Shown here one piece after another: positions 54,924 through 63,161 of a stretch of DNA of 64,000 nucleotides (its first letter is position 1; each line of letters starts with the position of its first letter). Below the pieces are notes generated by a model. It had not been told where the DNA came from. It worked only from the letters and a program-made list of their open reading frames with translations, and made no database searches. Origin of the DNA: an uncultured Spirochaetaceae bacterium (GTDB lineage Bacteria; Spirochaetota; Spirochaetia; DSM-27196; PWMO01); contig CAZUVX010000001.1 in the NCBI GenBank assembly GCA_964623865.1, positions 96,304 through 160,303 on the forward strand, in the 5' to 3' direction. The position numbers were made by a program, and so were the translations under genes.

Positions 54924-56432
54924 ATGCGCCTGAGCCGTTTCGCTCTGGAAGAGCTGGGAAGCGGCAAGAGCGCTCTGCACTACGTGGCCGCCTTCGTCTC
55001 AGCCGCCGCCGGGGCGCTCGGCGGCGCGGGGTCCGGCCCGGAAGAGGCCGCCCCGGAGATCCACGTCCTGGTGGGACCGGACAGCGATACGGTGCACCTT
55101 CCCGAAAGGTGGCGCCGCACCGCAGTTGAAGGTTCCGACGAGGTGGCCTTTGTTGACGCTCTGGCGAGAGTCTCGGGCGATCTGGACCGCGTCCTCTACG
55201 TGCAGGCGGACACACCCTTTCTTGATGTCGATGCCGCCGAGCGTGTCCTCAACCTGCACCGCGACTACTTTGCGCAGTTCACCGGCGCCGACGGCTACCC
55301 CCTTGGGTGTGTGCCGGAGGTCTTCGACGGCGACTTTCCCAAACAGATTCGTCGCCTTGCCAAGGAGGGCGAGCCCGCGCCTCGGGAGCTCTTTCCGGTG
55401 GTGCTCCGGGACGTGAACGCCTTCGACGTGGAGACCATGATCGCAACCACCGACGCCCGGCCCCTTCGCCTGGATTTTTCCTGCAACTCCCGAGCGGGTC
55501 TGGAGCTGTGTCGGCGATACCACGACTATCTGGGTACACCGGCGGACGAACTGGCGGCGGCGGTGGTCGCGACGCAGGAGCGGCTGCGAATCCTGCCGGC
55601 GTATGCATCCGTTCAAGTGGTGGCGGCGCACCCTCAGCGTGTCGGCTACCTGCCCCAGGAGCGGGTGAACGTCGCGGCGGGAGCAACCGGTCCCACCGGG
55701 GAAATGCCCCTCGACCGGTTCACGGCCCTCGTCGACGAGCTGGAACGCTTCAGTCCGGGAATCGTCGTGCAAGTCTCTCTCTGGGGTGAGGTGGGGCTCC
55801 ACTCGGCGGTTGCGGAGCTCATTGCCGACATGGAGGCGCGAAGGGACTCCTCTCTCCTCTTGGAAACCTCCGGCGTCGGCTGGGACGCCGGGGCGCGGCG
55901 CACTCTCATGGAAACGCCCCTCGCCCGCAGCCGCGTCATTGTGGACCTGGACGCTGCAACCGAGGAGGTGTATCGGGAGCTCCGTGGCGAGGGGTTTCAG
56001 GAGGCCAAGGGCTTTGCCGCGGAGCTCCTCGAGGCACACCGCGATCGCGCCTACGTACGGGCAACCCGGATGAAGGAGAACGCCGCCGACGTCGAGCGCT
56101 TCTATCGAGAGTGGAAGGAGCGCACGGACAACGTTATTGTCCAGAAGTACGATCACTTCTGCGGGGCGCTTCCGGACCGGCGGCTGGTGGACATCTCACC
56201 GGTGGAGCGTACGCCCTGTTGGCACCTGAAGCGAGACATCTACGTGCTCCTGGACGGCTCGGTGCCCATGTGCCGGGAGGACCTCGACCGTGAGCACCTG
56301 CGGGGAAACCTCTTCGACGACGGCGTCGAAGAGGTGTGGCGCGCCAACGAAGAGGCGTATCAGGCCCACGTGCGCGGCGAGTATCCCGGGATCTGTCGGA
56401 ACTGCGATGAGTACTACACGTTCAACTTCTGA
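54924..56432 (+). CDS. SPASM-domain protein lacking a radical-SAM CxxxCxxC motif, with an N-terminal nucleotidyltransferase-like region (spiro-SPASM-type)
   Basis: The C-terminus has five Cys in a SPASM/twitch-like arrangement: DHFCGALP...TPCWHLKRDIYVLLDGSVPMCREDL...GNLFDD...YPGICRNCDEYY (about 56150-56432). There is no CxxxCxxC anywhere in the 502 aa. The N-terminal VLYVQADTPFLDVDAAERVLNLH resembles cytidylyltransferase folds. The start is taken as the ATG at 54924. Confidence 0.7.
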   Translation: MRLSRFALEELGSGKSALHYVAAFVSAAAGALGGAGSGPEEAAPEIHVLVGPDSDTVHLPERWRRTAVEGSDEVAFVDALARVSGDLDRVLYVQADTPFLDVDAAERVLNLHRDYFAQFTGADGYPLGCVPEVFDGDFPKQIRRLAKEGEPAPRELFPVVLRDVNAFDVETMIATTDARPLRLDFSCNSRAGLELCRRYHDYLGTPADELAAAVVATQERLRILPAYASVQVVAAHPQRVGYLPQERVNVAAGATGPTGEMPLDRFTALVDELERFSPGIVVQVSLWGEVGLHSAVAELIADMEARRDSSLLLETSGVGWDAGARRTLMETPLARSRVIVDLDAATEEVYRELRGEGFQEAKGFAAELLEAHRDRAYVRATRMKENAADVERFYREWKERTDNVIVQKYDHFCGALPDRRLVDISPVERTPCWHLKRDIYVLLDGSVPMCREDLDREHLRGNLFDDGVEEVWRANEEAYQAHVRGEYPGICRNCDEYYTFNF

Positions 56433-57363
56433 ACAGGTCGGCCCCTACACCGTGGTCACCGGCGGGCGCACCGACCGTCCCAGCGAGGGCAGCGCTCTGC
56501 TGTCGGCGGTGGTCCTGGGCAGGGAGGCGAAGTTCAACCGCCCCGCGGTGATTCGGACGCTCGAGCGACACGGTGTCGCGGAGATTGTGGCCGTTGAGTC
56601 GGCGGCATCGGCCTATGAAGTGGAGTCTCTGACGCGATCGTTGCCCGCGGTGCGGTTCCTGCTGTTGCAGCGCGCCTTCAGCGTGGGGGAGCAGATCAAC
56701 GCCGCCATGGGTGAGGTGCGCACGCGCTACGTCCTGGTAGTCTGGGACGATACCCTCGTCGAGGCACTGCCGAAACAACTCGACGATCTCTTTGCCCCCG
56801 AGGGCGTGCTGGCCCTGGTACCCGAGGTGCGCGGACCCAACCGGGAGGAGGTTCCGACGGTCATGACACCTGCGACGCAGGGCCCGCGAATGCGCGTGCT
56901 GACCCTGCCGCGGGAGCGCGACGGCCAGCACACCCTCTTTCCGGCGGACTTTGCCGGGATCTACCACCGCGAGCGCTTTCTGGATGCGGAGGGCTACGAT
57001 CCGGATATCACCCAGAGTCACTGGCAGAAGCTGGATTTCGGGTTCCGACTGCACATGAGGGGCTACACCGTGGCTCACCCCCCGGGGTTTCGCGTTGCTC
57101 TGCGAAACGCACCGGTGCCCGAGGACACGACCCCCGGAGCCGGCTACCTTCGCTTCTTCCTGAAGAACCTCGGTGTTTCCGTACAAAACGGGCAGGCGCG
57201 CCTGCGACGGCGCATCCTCTGGACGGTTCTCTTGAAGACCGGCACCTTCTCCCTTGCGACCCTGCGGCTCCACCGCGAGGTTAAACGGTGGCTTTCCGAA
57301 CGCCGATACTTATTTCAGCGAGATGCACACGACGTCATCCGCAGGTGGGAGGAGCGCAGGTGA
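56407..57363 (+). CDS. Glycosyltransferase family 2-like protein
   Basis: LSAVVLGRE...RYVLVVWDDTLV (DxD-like)...AEGYDPDITQSHWQKLDFGFRLHMRGY suggests a GT-A fold. The ATG at 56407 overlaps the upstream gene by 26 nt, and the start is uncertain. Confidence 0.6.
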   Translation: MSTTRSTSEQVGPYTVVTGGRTDRPSEGSALLSAVVLGREAKFNRPAVIRTLERHGVAEIVAVESAASAYEVESLTRSLPAVRFLLLQRAFSVGEQINAAMGEVRTRYVLVVWDDTLVEALPKQLDDLFAPEGVLALVPEVRGPNREEVPTVMTPATQGPRMRVLTLPRERDGQHTLFPADFAGIYHRERFLDAEGYDPDITQSHWQKLDFGFRLHMRGYTVAHPPGFRVALRNAPVPEDTTPGAGYLRFFLKNLGVSVQNGQARLRRRILWTVLLKTGTFSLATLRLHREVKRWLSERRYLFQRDAHDVIRRWEERR

Positions 57364-57377
57364 TCGGCAAAGGTGAG

Positions 57378-58073
57378 ATGATCGGGGTCTTTCTGCAGGT
57401 ACGACTACATTCCAATCGTCTACCCGCCAAAGCGCTCCTGGAAATGGCAGGGGTCCCTCTCATTGGTCACGCCATGAAGGCTTTGCAGGGGATCGATGCC
57501 GACGCGCACGCCTTGGTGACCGAGCGCGACAGTGCCGACGCACTCCGCCCTCTGGCGGCGCAGTACGGGTTCGACCTCTTCGTGGGGGATCCCGAAGATG
57601 TCCTGGATCGTTACGCGTCGGCCGCGGCGCACTACGGCGTCGACACGGTGATTCGAGCGACCGGGGACAATCCCCTCGTCTCCGGCGCCATGGCGCGTCG
57701 GATTCTCGACATTCACCGCGAAGTCGCAGCGGATGTAAGCGGCTTTGACGAGCTTCCCCTGGGAACCGGGGTGGAGGTCGTTTCCACCTCCTCTCTGGAG
57801 GCCGCAGCAGCGGAAGCGCAGGACCCCTATGAGCGGGAGCACGTGACCCCGTTCATGTTTCGCAGGCCCCTTCGCTTTCGGATTCACCGCATTCCTGCGC
57901 CTGCCGCGTACCGCTACAGCCGGGGCCGGGTGACCGTGGACACGCCGGAGGATTTTCACTTCGTTCGCGAGATCGTCGAGGATCTCTATGAAGGCACTCC
58001 CATCGAGATCGACGAGGTCGTGGCATGGCTCAGCGGCTCCCGCGAGCATCGACGCGTCAGGAGAATGGCCTGA
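57378..58073 (+). CDS. SpsF/CMP-sugar-synthetase-like cytidylyltransferase
   Basis: IGVFLQVRLHSNRLPAKALLEMAGVPLIGHAMKAL...VIRATGDNPLVSGAMARRILDIH...EREHVTPFMF...VTVDTPEDFHFVREI follows the CTP_transf_3 / SpsF pattern. An alternative GTG start at 57360 overlaps the upstream stop. Confidence 0.8.
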   Translation: MIGVFLQVRLHSNRLPAKALLEMAGVPLIGHAMKALQGIDADAHALVTERDSADALRPLAAQYGFDLFVGDPEDVLDRYASAAAHYGVDTVIRATGDNPLVSGAMARRILDIHREVAADVSGFDELPLGTGVEVVSTSSLEAAAAEAQDPYEREHVTPFMFRRPLRFRIHRIPAPAAYRYSRGRVTVDTPEDFHFVREIVEDLYEGTPIEIDEVVAWLSGSREHRRVRRMA

Positions 58074-58077
58074 GGCG

Positions 58078-59934
58078 ATGATCTATTTCGTGCCGGAAGT
58101 CGCCGTCGGGCACGGTCTCGGACACGTCCACAGAGACTCGCTGGTTAGCGCGCGGCTGAGCCGGTCCTCCTGTGTCGTCGTCCCTCCCGGAGCCGACACC
58201 GCGGCGCGGGAGCACCGCGCCCGTATTCGCAAACACGTTACCTCCCTCGGCGGCACGGTGATCGACGCGATCCCCCACGACGCTGAGGGAACGATCGTCA
58301 TTGACCGGCGTACCGTCTCATCCGAAGAGATCCGCTCGCTACCTCCGGGGTGTACCGTCGTCGGCATTGATGCGGCGGGGCCTGGACGGGAGCTCCTGGA
58401 CGCGGTGGTTGATGCCCTGCCCGGGCCGGCGGCAGCCGCCGGCGCGAACGCGGCGGGGGTCTTTCTGCCTGCCCTGCCCGGAAACCGTCGTGACGCCCTC
58501 CCGGAGGTTCCGAAACGCATTCTTCTGACCTTCGGTGGGGAAGACGCGGCCGGCCTCACCGAGGCGGTTCTCCAGGGGCTGCTTCGGCGGGGATTGACCT
58601 CACGAGAGGCCGTGGCGGTTGCGCAGGGCCCTCTGAATGGTCGCATCCCCACGGGCGCGGGAGAGGTGCTCCGGGCCCCCCGGAACCTCCCGGAGTTGCT
58701 GGCCCGGTACGACCTGGTTATTGCGAGCTACGGGCTCACCGCCTTCGAGGCTCTGGCGGCGGGGTGCCGCGTGATCCTCGTCAATCCTTCGACGTATCAC
58801 GAAGCGCTCTCGCGGCGCGCGGGGCTTCCCTCCGCCGGGGCGGCGCGGCCTGGAGGCGGGCGCCTGCGGTGGCGGCAACTCGCCGGATGGCTCACCGAGC
58901 CCGGTGCGTTGGACCGCGCTCTGGCGGGTGCGGTGCGGCCGTCCGGAAGAGAGCTCGCGTCGGTGCTTCGGGAGTACGCAGCCGCGGACGCCCTGGGATG
59001 CCCGGTGTGCCGCCGTAGGTGGAACCCCGCGATCGCGCGACTTTCCCGGCGCAGCTACTTCCGCTGCGGCCGGTGCGGGATGGTCTACCTGGAGGGCTTC
59101 GACCGCGACGACACGGAGTACACCGAGGAGTACTTCTTCGAGGAGTACCGCGCGCAGTACGGGCGGACCTACCTCGAGGACTTCGATCACATTGCCGCCA
59201 TGGGGAGGCGGCGCCTTGCCGCCATTGATCGGCTCCTGCCGTCCCGTCCGGTTGGGCCGACACCGGTGGAGGAAAGCGCGTCAGCCCTCGGGGGTGGCGG
59301 CGGCGGCGCGGGTGGTGGCGATGGTGGCGGTGCGGCGACCGGGCGGGACGTAAGGGCGCCGGCGCTCCTGGACGTGGGCTGCGCGTACGGCCCCTTCCTG
59401 CAGGCGGCGGCCGGCCGCGGTTATGCTCCCGTCGGCATCGATCCGGCGGAGGGGGCGGTGGAGTACGTGCGCTCGACGCTGGGCTATCCCGCGGTGGTGG
59501 CGCGGGCCGGCCGGGCGGACCCGGCGGAGCTCTTCGGGCGGCAACGCTTCGACGCGGTGACCATGTGGTACGTCATTGAGCATCTCGATGATCTGGAGAG
59601 GGTATTGAGGTGGGTGGCGGGGTTGCTTCCGGCGGGGGGCGTCTTTGCGTTCTCGACGCCTAACGGGGCGGGAGTGTCGGCGCGACGCGATTTGCTGCGT
59701 TTTCTCACGCGGAGTCCCCGGGACCACCGCAGCGTCTGGACCCCGGCTAGTGCGAGGAAGGTGCTTCGGCGCTTCGGCTTTCGCCTTCGGATAGTCCGCA
59801 TAACAGGTCACCATCCGGAACGCTACCGGCTCGGCGAGAAGCTTCCGTGGGTGCGTCCCCTCCTGCTACAGTGGAGCCGCCTCCGTGGGAGGGGCGATAC
59901 CTTCGAGGTCTACGCAGTGAGGGGAACCGGATGA
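58078..59934 (+). CDS. Fusion protein: SpsG/PseG-like GT-B domain, Zn-ribbon, and class I SAM-dependent methyltransferase
   Basis: The N-terminal part is MIYFVPEVAVGHGLGHVHRD...ILLTFGGEDAAG...LVIASYGLTAFEALAAGCRVILV (PseG/MurG-C-like). The middle has CPVCRRRWNP...FRCGRCGMVYLE. The C-terminal part is LLDVGCAYGPFLQAAAGRGYAPVGIDP...FDAVTMWYVIEHLDD (MTase motifs I and post-I). I trimmed to the ATG at 58078. Confidence 0.7.
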   Translation: MIYFVPEVAVGHGLGHVHRDSLVSARLSRSSCVVVPPGADTAAREHRARIRKHVTSLGGTVIDAIPHDAEGTIVIDRRTVSSEEIRSLPPGCTVVGIDAAGPGRELLDAVVDALPGPAAAAGANAAGVFLPALPGNRRDALPEVPKRILLTFGGEDAAGLTEAVLQGLLRRGLTSREAVAVAQGPLNGRIPTGAGEVLRAPRNLPELLARYDLVIASYGLTAFEALAAGCRVILVNPSTYHEALSRRAGLPSAGAARPGGGRLRWRQLAGWLTEPGALDRALAGAVRPSGRELASVLREYAAADALGCPVCRRRWNPAIARLSRRSYFRCGRCGMVYLEGFDRDDTEYTEEYFFEEYRAQYGRTYLEDFDHIAAMGRRRLAAIDRLLPSRPVGPTPVEESASALGGGGGGAGGGDGGGAATGRDVRAPALLDVGCAYGPFLQAAAGRGYAPVGIDPAEGAVEYVRSTLGYPAVVARAGRADPAELFGRQRFDAVTMWYVIEHLDDLERVLRWVAGLLPAGGVFAFSTPNGAGVSARRDLLRFLTRSPRDHRSVWTPASARKVLRRFGFRLRIVRITGHHPERYRLGEKLPWVRPLLLQWSRLRGRGDTFEVYAVRGTG

Positions 59935-61487
59935 AACGCATCATGATACTCGGCGCCGGAGTCATGCAGCTTCCCGCCTTCGAGGCGGCGCGGCGCTGCG
60001 GATGGGAGAGCATTGGGGTCGATGGGAACCCCGGCGCCCCCGGTGTGCCCCTTGCGGACCGCTTCCTTCAGATCGACTTGAAGGAGACCTCCGCCATCGT
60101 CGCGGCCGCCCGGGAGGAGCGCCGGTTACGCGGCCTGGACGGCGTGTTCACCGTGGGTACCGACTTCAGCTACCCCGTGGCGATTGCTGCGGCGGAGCTC
60201 GGTCTGCCGGGCACGCCGCCTGAGGCGGCGAAGCGGGCGAGCGACAAGATACTCATGAGGCGGGCCCTCGCCGAGGCGGGGGTTCCGGTGCCGCGCTTTC
60301 TCGAGGTAGGTCGTGAACAGGCGGGTCGCGACGCCGCGGAGGAGGCGGTGGAGCTGGGGCTGCTTCCGGCGGTGGTAAAGCCTGTGGACAACATGGGTGC
60401 CAGGGGAGTTCGCCGAGTAGATGCTCCCGGGGAGTTGGATGCGGCCATTGTAGCGGCACGAGGGCACTCGCCGAGCGGTCGTGTGATTGTGGAGGAGGTG
60501 ATTGACGGGCGCGAGTACAGCATAGATGCGCTGGTGGTGAACGGCGAGGTGCACATCACGGGCGTCGCGGACCGGCATATCTTCTTCTCGCCGTACTTCA
60601 TTGAGCTCGGCCATACGCTTCCGGCGGAGCTGGAGGGAGCCGATCGAGAGCGGCTGGAGGAGGGTTTCCGCCGCGGCGTCGAGGCAATCGGCATTCGCTC
60701 CGGCGCCGCCAAGGGGGATGTCTTTCTCACCCCTCGCGGGGCGGTGGTCGGCGAGATCGCCGCTCGCCTCTCCGGCGGCTACATGTCCGGGTGGACCTAC
60801 CCGAACGCCTCGGGGATTTCCCTGGTGGAGAAAGGCATGCGGCTTGCCCTTGGCGAGAATCCGGGAAGTCTGGAGGCGCCGCTCCGCCGAACCTCCGCCG
60901 AGCGCGCCGCAGTCTCGATACCCGGGATCGTCCGGCAGGTGCATGGCATCGAGGAGGCGCGTGCGGAGGAGGGGGTGACCGACCTGTTTCTGCGGTGTTC
61001 CCCGGGGGATCATGTCGACATGCCCCGGAACAACACGGAGAAGGTGGCGAACGTCATCTCCGTGGGTGACGATCGCGCTGCGGCGGTGGGCGCGGCCGAG
61101 CGCGCCATCGCGCGGCTGATCGTGGAGCTCGAACCGGGGGAGGAGGCGACGGCGCGCTACCTTTTCGGCGACGGCAACGCCGCTTTCCCCCCCTTTTTCG
61201 AGGCGGCGTCGGGACCGGGGGGCGAGTTGGAGAGGCCGGGTCGGCCGCAGCGCGACTGGAACTATCGGACGCTGCAGGGAACCCTGGCCCTTCTCAGGCA
61301 TATGCGCGGTGTCGGTGGCGCCGCGGGCGGGGAGGGTGATGTCGCTTGTACGGTCCGGTGGGAGCGAGTACTGCAGCGGGCAATAGTCCGGGGTGGCATT
61401 CAGGGCGCCCTGTATGTGGTGGATACGGTGCGCGACCGTCCCGAGCTCTTGGAGGAGTACCTGGATCGATGGTTCGACGAATCCTGA
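59931..61487 (+). CDS. ATP-grasp domain ligase
   Basis: MKRIMILGAGVMQLPAFEAARRCGWESIGVD...DKILMRRALAEAGVPVPRF...LPAVVKPVDNMGARGVRRV...VIVEEVIDGREYSIDALVVNGEV matches the ATP-grasp fold. The ATG overlaps the upstream stop (ATGA at 59931-59934). Confidence 0.8.
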   Translation: MKRIMILGAGVMQLPAFEAARRCGWESIGVDGNPGAPGVPLADRFLQIDLKETSAIVAAAREERRLRGLDGVFTVGTDFSYPVAIAAAELGLPGTPPEAAKRASDKILMRRALAEAGVPVPRFLEVGREQAGRDAAEEAVELGLLPAVVKPVDNMGARGVRRVDAPGELDAAIVAARGHSPSGRVIVEEVIDGREYSIDALVVNGEVHITGVADRHIFFSPYFIELGHTLPAELEGADRERLEEGFRRGVEAIGIRSGAAKGDVFLTPRGAVVGEIAARLSGGYMSGWTYPNASGISLVEKGMRLALGENPGSLEAPLRRTSAERAAVSIPGIVRQVHGIEEARAEEGVTDLFLRCSPGDHVDMPRNNTEKVANVISVGDDRAAAVGAAERAIARLIVELEPGEEATARYLFGDGNAAFPPFFEAASGPGGELERPGRPQRDWNYRTLQGTLALLRHMRGVGGAAGGEGDVACTVRWERVLQRAIVRGGIQGALYVVDTVRDRPELLEEYLDRWFDES

Positions 61488-62536
61488 TTCCCGCGGTGAC
61501 CACTCTCCTCTTTCTCATCGCCGCACTCTCCTGGGGGCAGCAAGGCGACGGGTCGGAGGAGGCCGGGTCGGATTCCGCTGCACATCCGGAGAGTCTTGAG
61601 ACACTTCTCGAGTCGGTGGACGGTCGGCTCTACTGGGACCCCCTGCGGGGACACGGCTCCATCTGGAGGGACGGTCGCAGCGTCACCTTTCAGATCGGCT
61701 CGCCGTGGTTCGTGGTGGACTACGGCCGAGCGATCTACCTTGGTGACGTGGAACGCCGTGACGGCAAGGTCGTTCTTCCCCCCGGCGCGACCGGCCGGAT
61801 TGCAGACATCCTGAGTGCGCCGGTCGAGCGGGAGGGGGCCCGGTCGATTGCGGCCGTATTCATTGATCCGGGGCATGGGGGGAGAGACCCCGGCACGATT
61901 GGTCGTGCCGCCGACGAGGAAGGGGCGCGTCAGGTTTTCGAGAAGGACATCGTCCTCGATGTGGCGAGGCGGCTCGAAACACTTCTCGCGCGCGGCTATC
62001 CCGACAAGGAGATCATTCTCTCCCGGGACGACGACGTCTACATTAGCCTTGAGGAGCGGACGGAACTGGCGAACGCCGTGGATCTGGAACAGGACGAGGC
62101 AATCATCTTCGTCTCCCTCCACGCAAACTCGTCCTTCAACAGGCGGGCGCAGGGATTCGAGGTGTGGTACCTCCCGCCGGAGTACCGTCGCAGCGGCCTG
62201 GTGAACAGCAAGGATGCCGGCGTTGAGGATCCGGATGTGCTCTCGGTTCTCAACGCCCTCCGGGAGGAGGAGCTTACCATCGACAGTGTCCTGCTGGCTC
62301 AACGGATCATGGAGGCCCTCGACGAGGCGATCGGGACGGTGTCGCCGAACCGTGGGCTCAAGGAGGAGTCATGGTACGTGGTGCGGAACGCCAGGATGCC
62401 CTCGGTGCTCGTTGAAGTCGGTTTTGTGAGCAACAGCGAGGAGTTGGAGCGCCTCGAGGATCCGGCGTACTTGCAACGGATTGCGAACGCTATTTATAGT
62501 GGCATTTCAACGTTCATTCGGAGTTATCAGCAGTAG
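61469..62536 (+). CDS. N-acetylmuramoyl-L-alanine amidase (Amidase_3, AmiC-like)
   Basis: Signal peptide MVRRILIPAVTTLLFLIAALSWG. IAAVFIDPGHGGRDPG...FVSLHANSS...GFEVWY...PSVLVEVGFVSNSEE matches Amidase_3. It overlaps the upstream gene by 19 nt. Confidence 0.9.
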   Translation: MVRRILIPAVTTLLFLIAALSWGQQGDGSEEAGSDSAAHPESLETLLESVDGRLYWDPLRGHGSIWRDGRSVTFQIGSPWFVVDYGRAIYLGDVERRDGKVVLPPGATGRIADILSAPVEREGARSIAAVFIDPGHGGRDPGTIGRAADEEGARQVFEKDIVLDVARRLETLLARGYPDKEIILSRDDDVYISLEERTELANAVDLEQDEAIIFVSLHANSSFNRRAQGFEVWYLPPEYRRSGLVNSKDAGVEDPDVLSVLNALREEELTIDSVLLAQRIMEALDEAIGTVSPNRGLKEESWYVVRNARMPSVLVEVGFVSNSEELERLEDPAYLQRIANAIYSGISTFIRSYQQ

Positions 62537-62557
62537 CCGCAACCGCGAGAAGGACCA

Positions 62558-63070
62558 ATGAAGCGAGACGCCACCTCGGTCATCACCATCTCCCTGTCGC
62601 TCCTTGTTGGAGCGTTCGTGATTTCGCTCGTACTCTTCCTCCTCTTCGGGCAGGAACGGGTCCGACGGACGCTCTTCTTCCCGGATCTTCTCTCCGAGGA
62701 GGTCCACGCTGAGGAGCGGATCGTTACCCGACGTGGCACCACCAGGGCCGCCGTGCAACTCGTGCTGGAAGAGGTGATACTCGGTCCTGCCGGTATCAAC
62801 AGCTCACGAGTGCTACCCAAAAGCACTACCATTGACGGTTTGTTCGTTACCGAGGGCACCGCTCATATAGATCTCAGCGAAGAGGCGGTCGCCGACTCTC
62901 CGGACGTGCGCGTACCCTTCGAGAAAGCCCTCGCCATACTGGAACAAAACGTGATGTTCAACTTCCGTACACTCCAGGATGTCGTTATTACGGTGGACGG
63001 GCAGGTGCCCTATGTACCATACTTTGAACTGGAACAAAGCGAGACGCAAAACCTCGAAAATGGAACATAG
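62558..63070 (+). CDS. GerMN-domain protein (membrane-anchored)
   Basis: An N-terminal TM segment (VITISLSLLVGAFVISLVLFLLF) is followed by AVQLVLEEVILGPAG...IDGLFVTEGTAHIDLSEE...ILEQNVMFNFRTLQDVVITVDGQ. This is the GerMN pattern, and the gene has the common amidase partner. Confidence 0.7.
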   Translation: MKRDATSVITISLSLLVGAFVISLVLFLLFGQERVRRTLFFPDLLSEEVHAEERIVTRRGTTRAAVQLVLEEVILGPAGINSSRVLPKSTTIDGLFVTEGTAHIDLSEEAVADSPDVRVPFEKALAILEQNVMFNFRTLQDVVITVDGQVPYVPYFELEQSETQNLENGT

Positions 63071-63088
63071 CATTGGAACTTGAATACG

Positions 63089-63116
63089 TTGACAAAGGGG
63101 TTGTCTTCCCTATAAT
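63089..63116 (+). promoter_or_regulatory. Consensus sigma-70 promoter of flaA
   Basis: TTGACA (63089-63094), N16, TATAAT (63111-63116). It shares TTGACAAAGG...CCTATAAT with the promoter at 9925-9953. Confidence 0.65.
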
Positions 63117-63161
63117 GGAGCGTGACAACTGACCCTGGAGACCAAGCAAAGGAGCAACGGG

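Noticed and set aside
54999-62302. Minus-strand ORFs 54999..56156, 60126..61301 and 61400..62302
   Set aside because: They are antisense to the SPASM, ATP-grasp and amidase genes, which carry diagnostic motifs. They have no motifs of their own.
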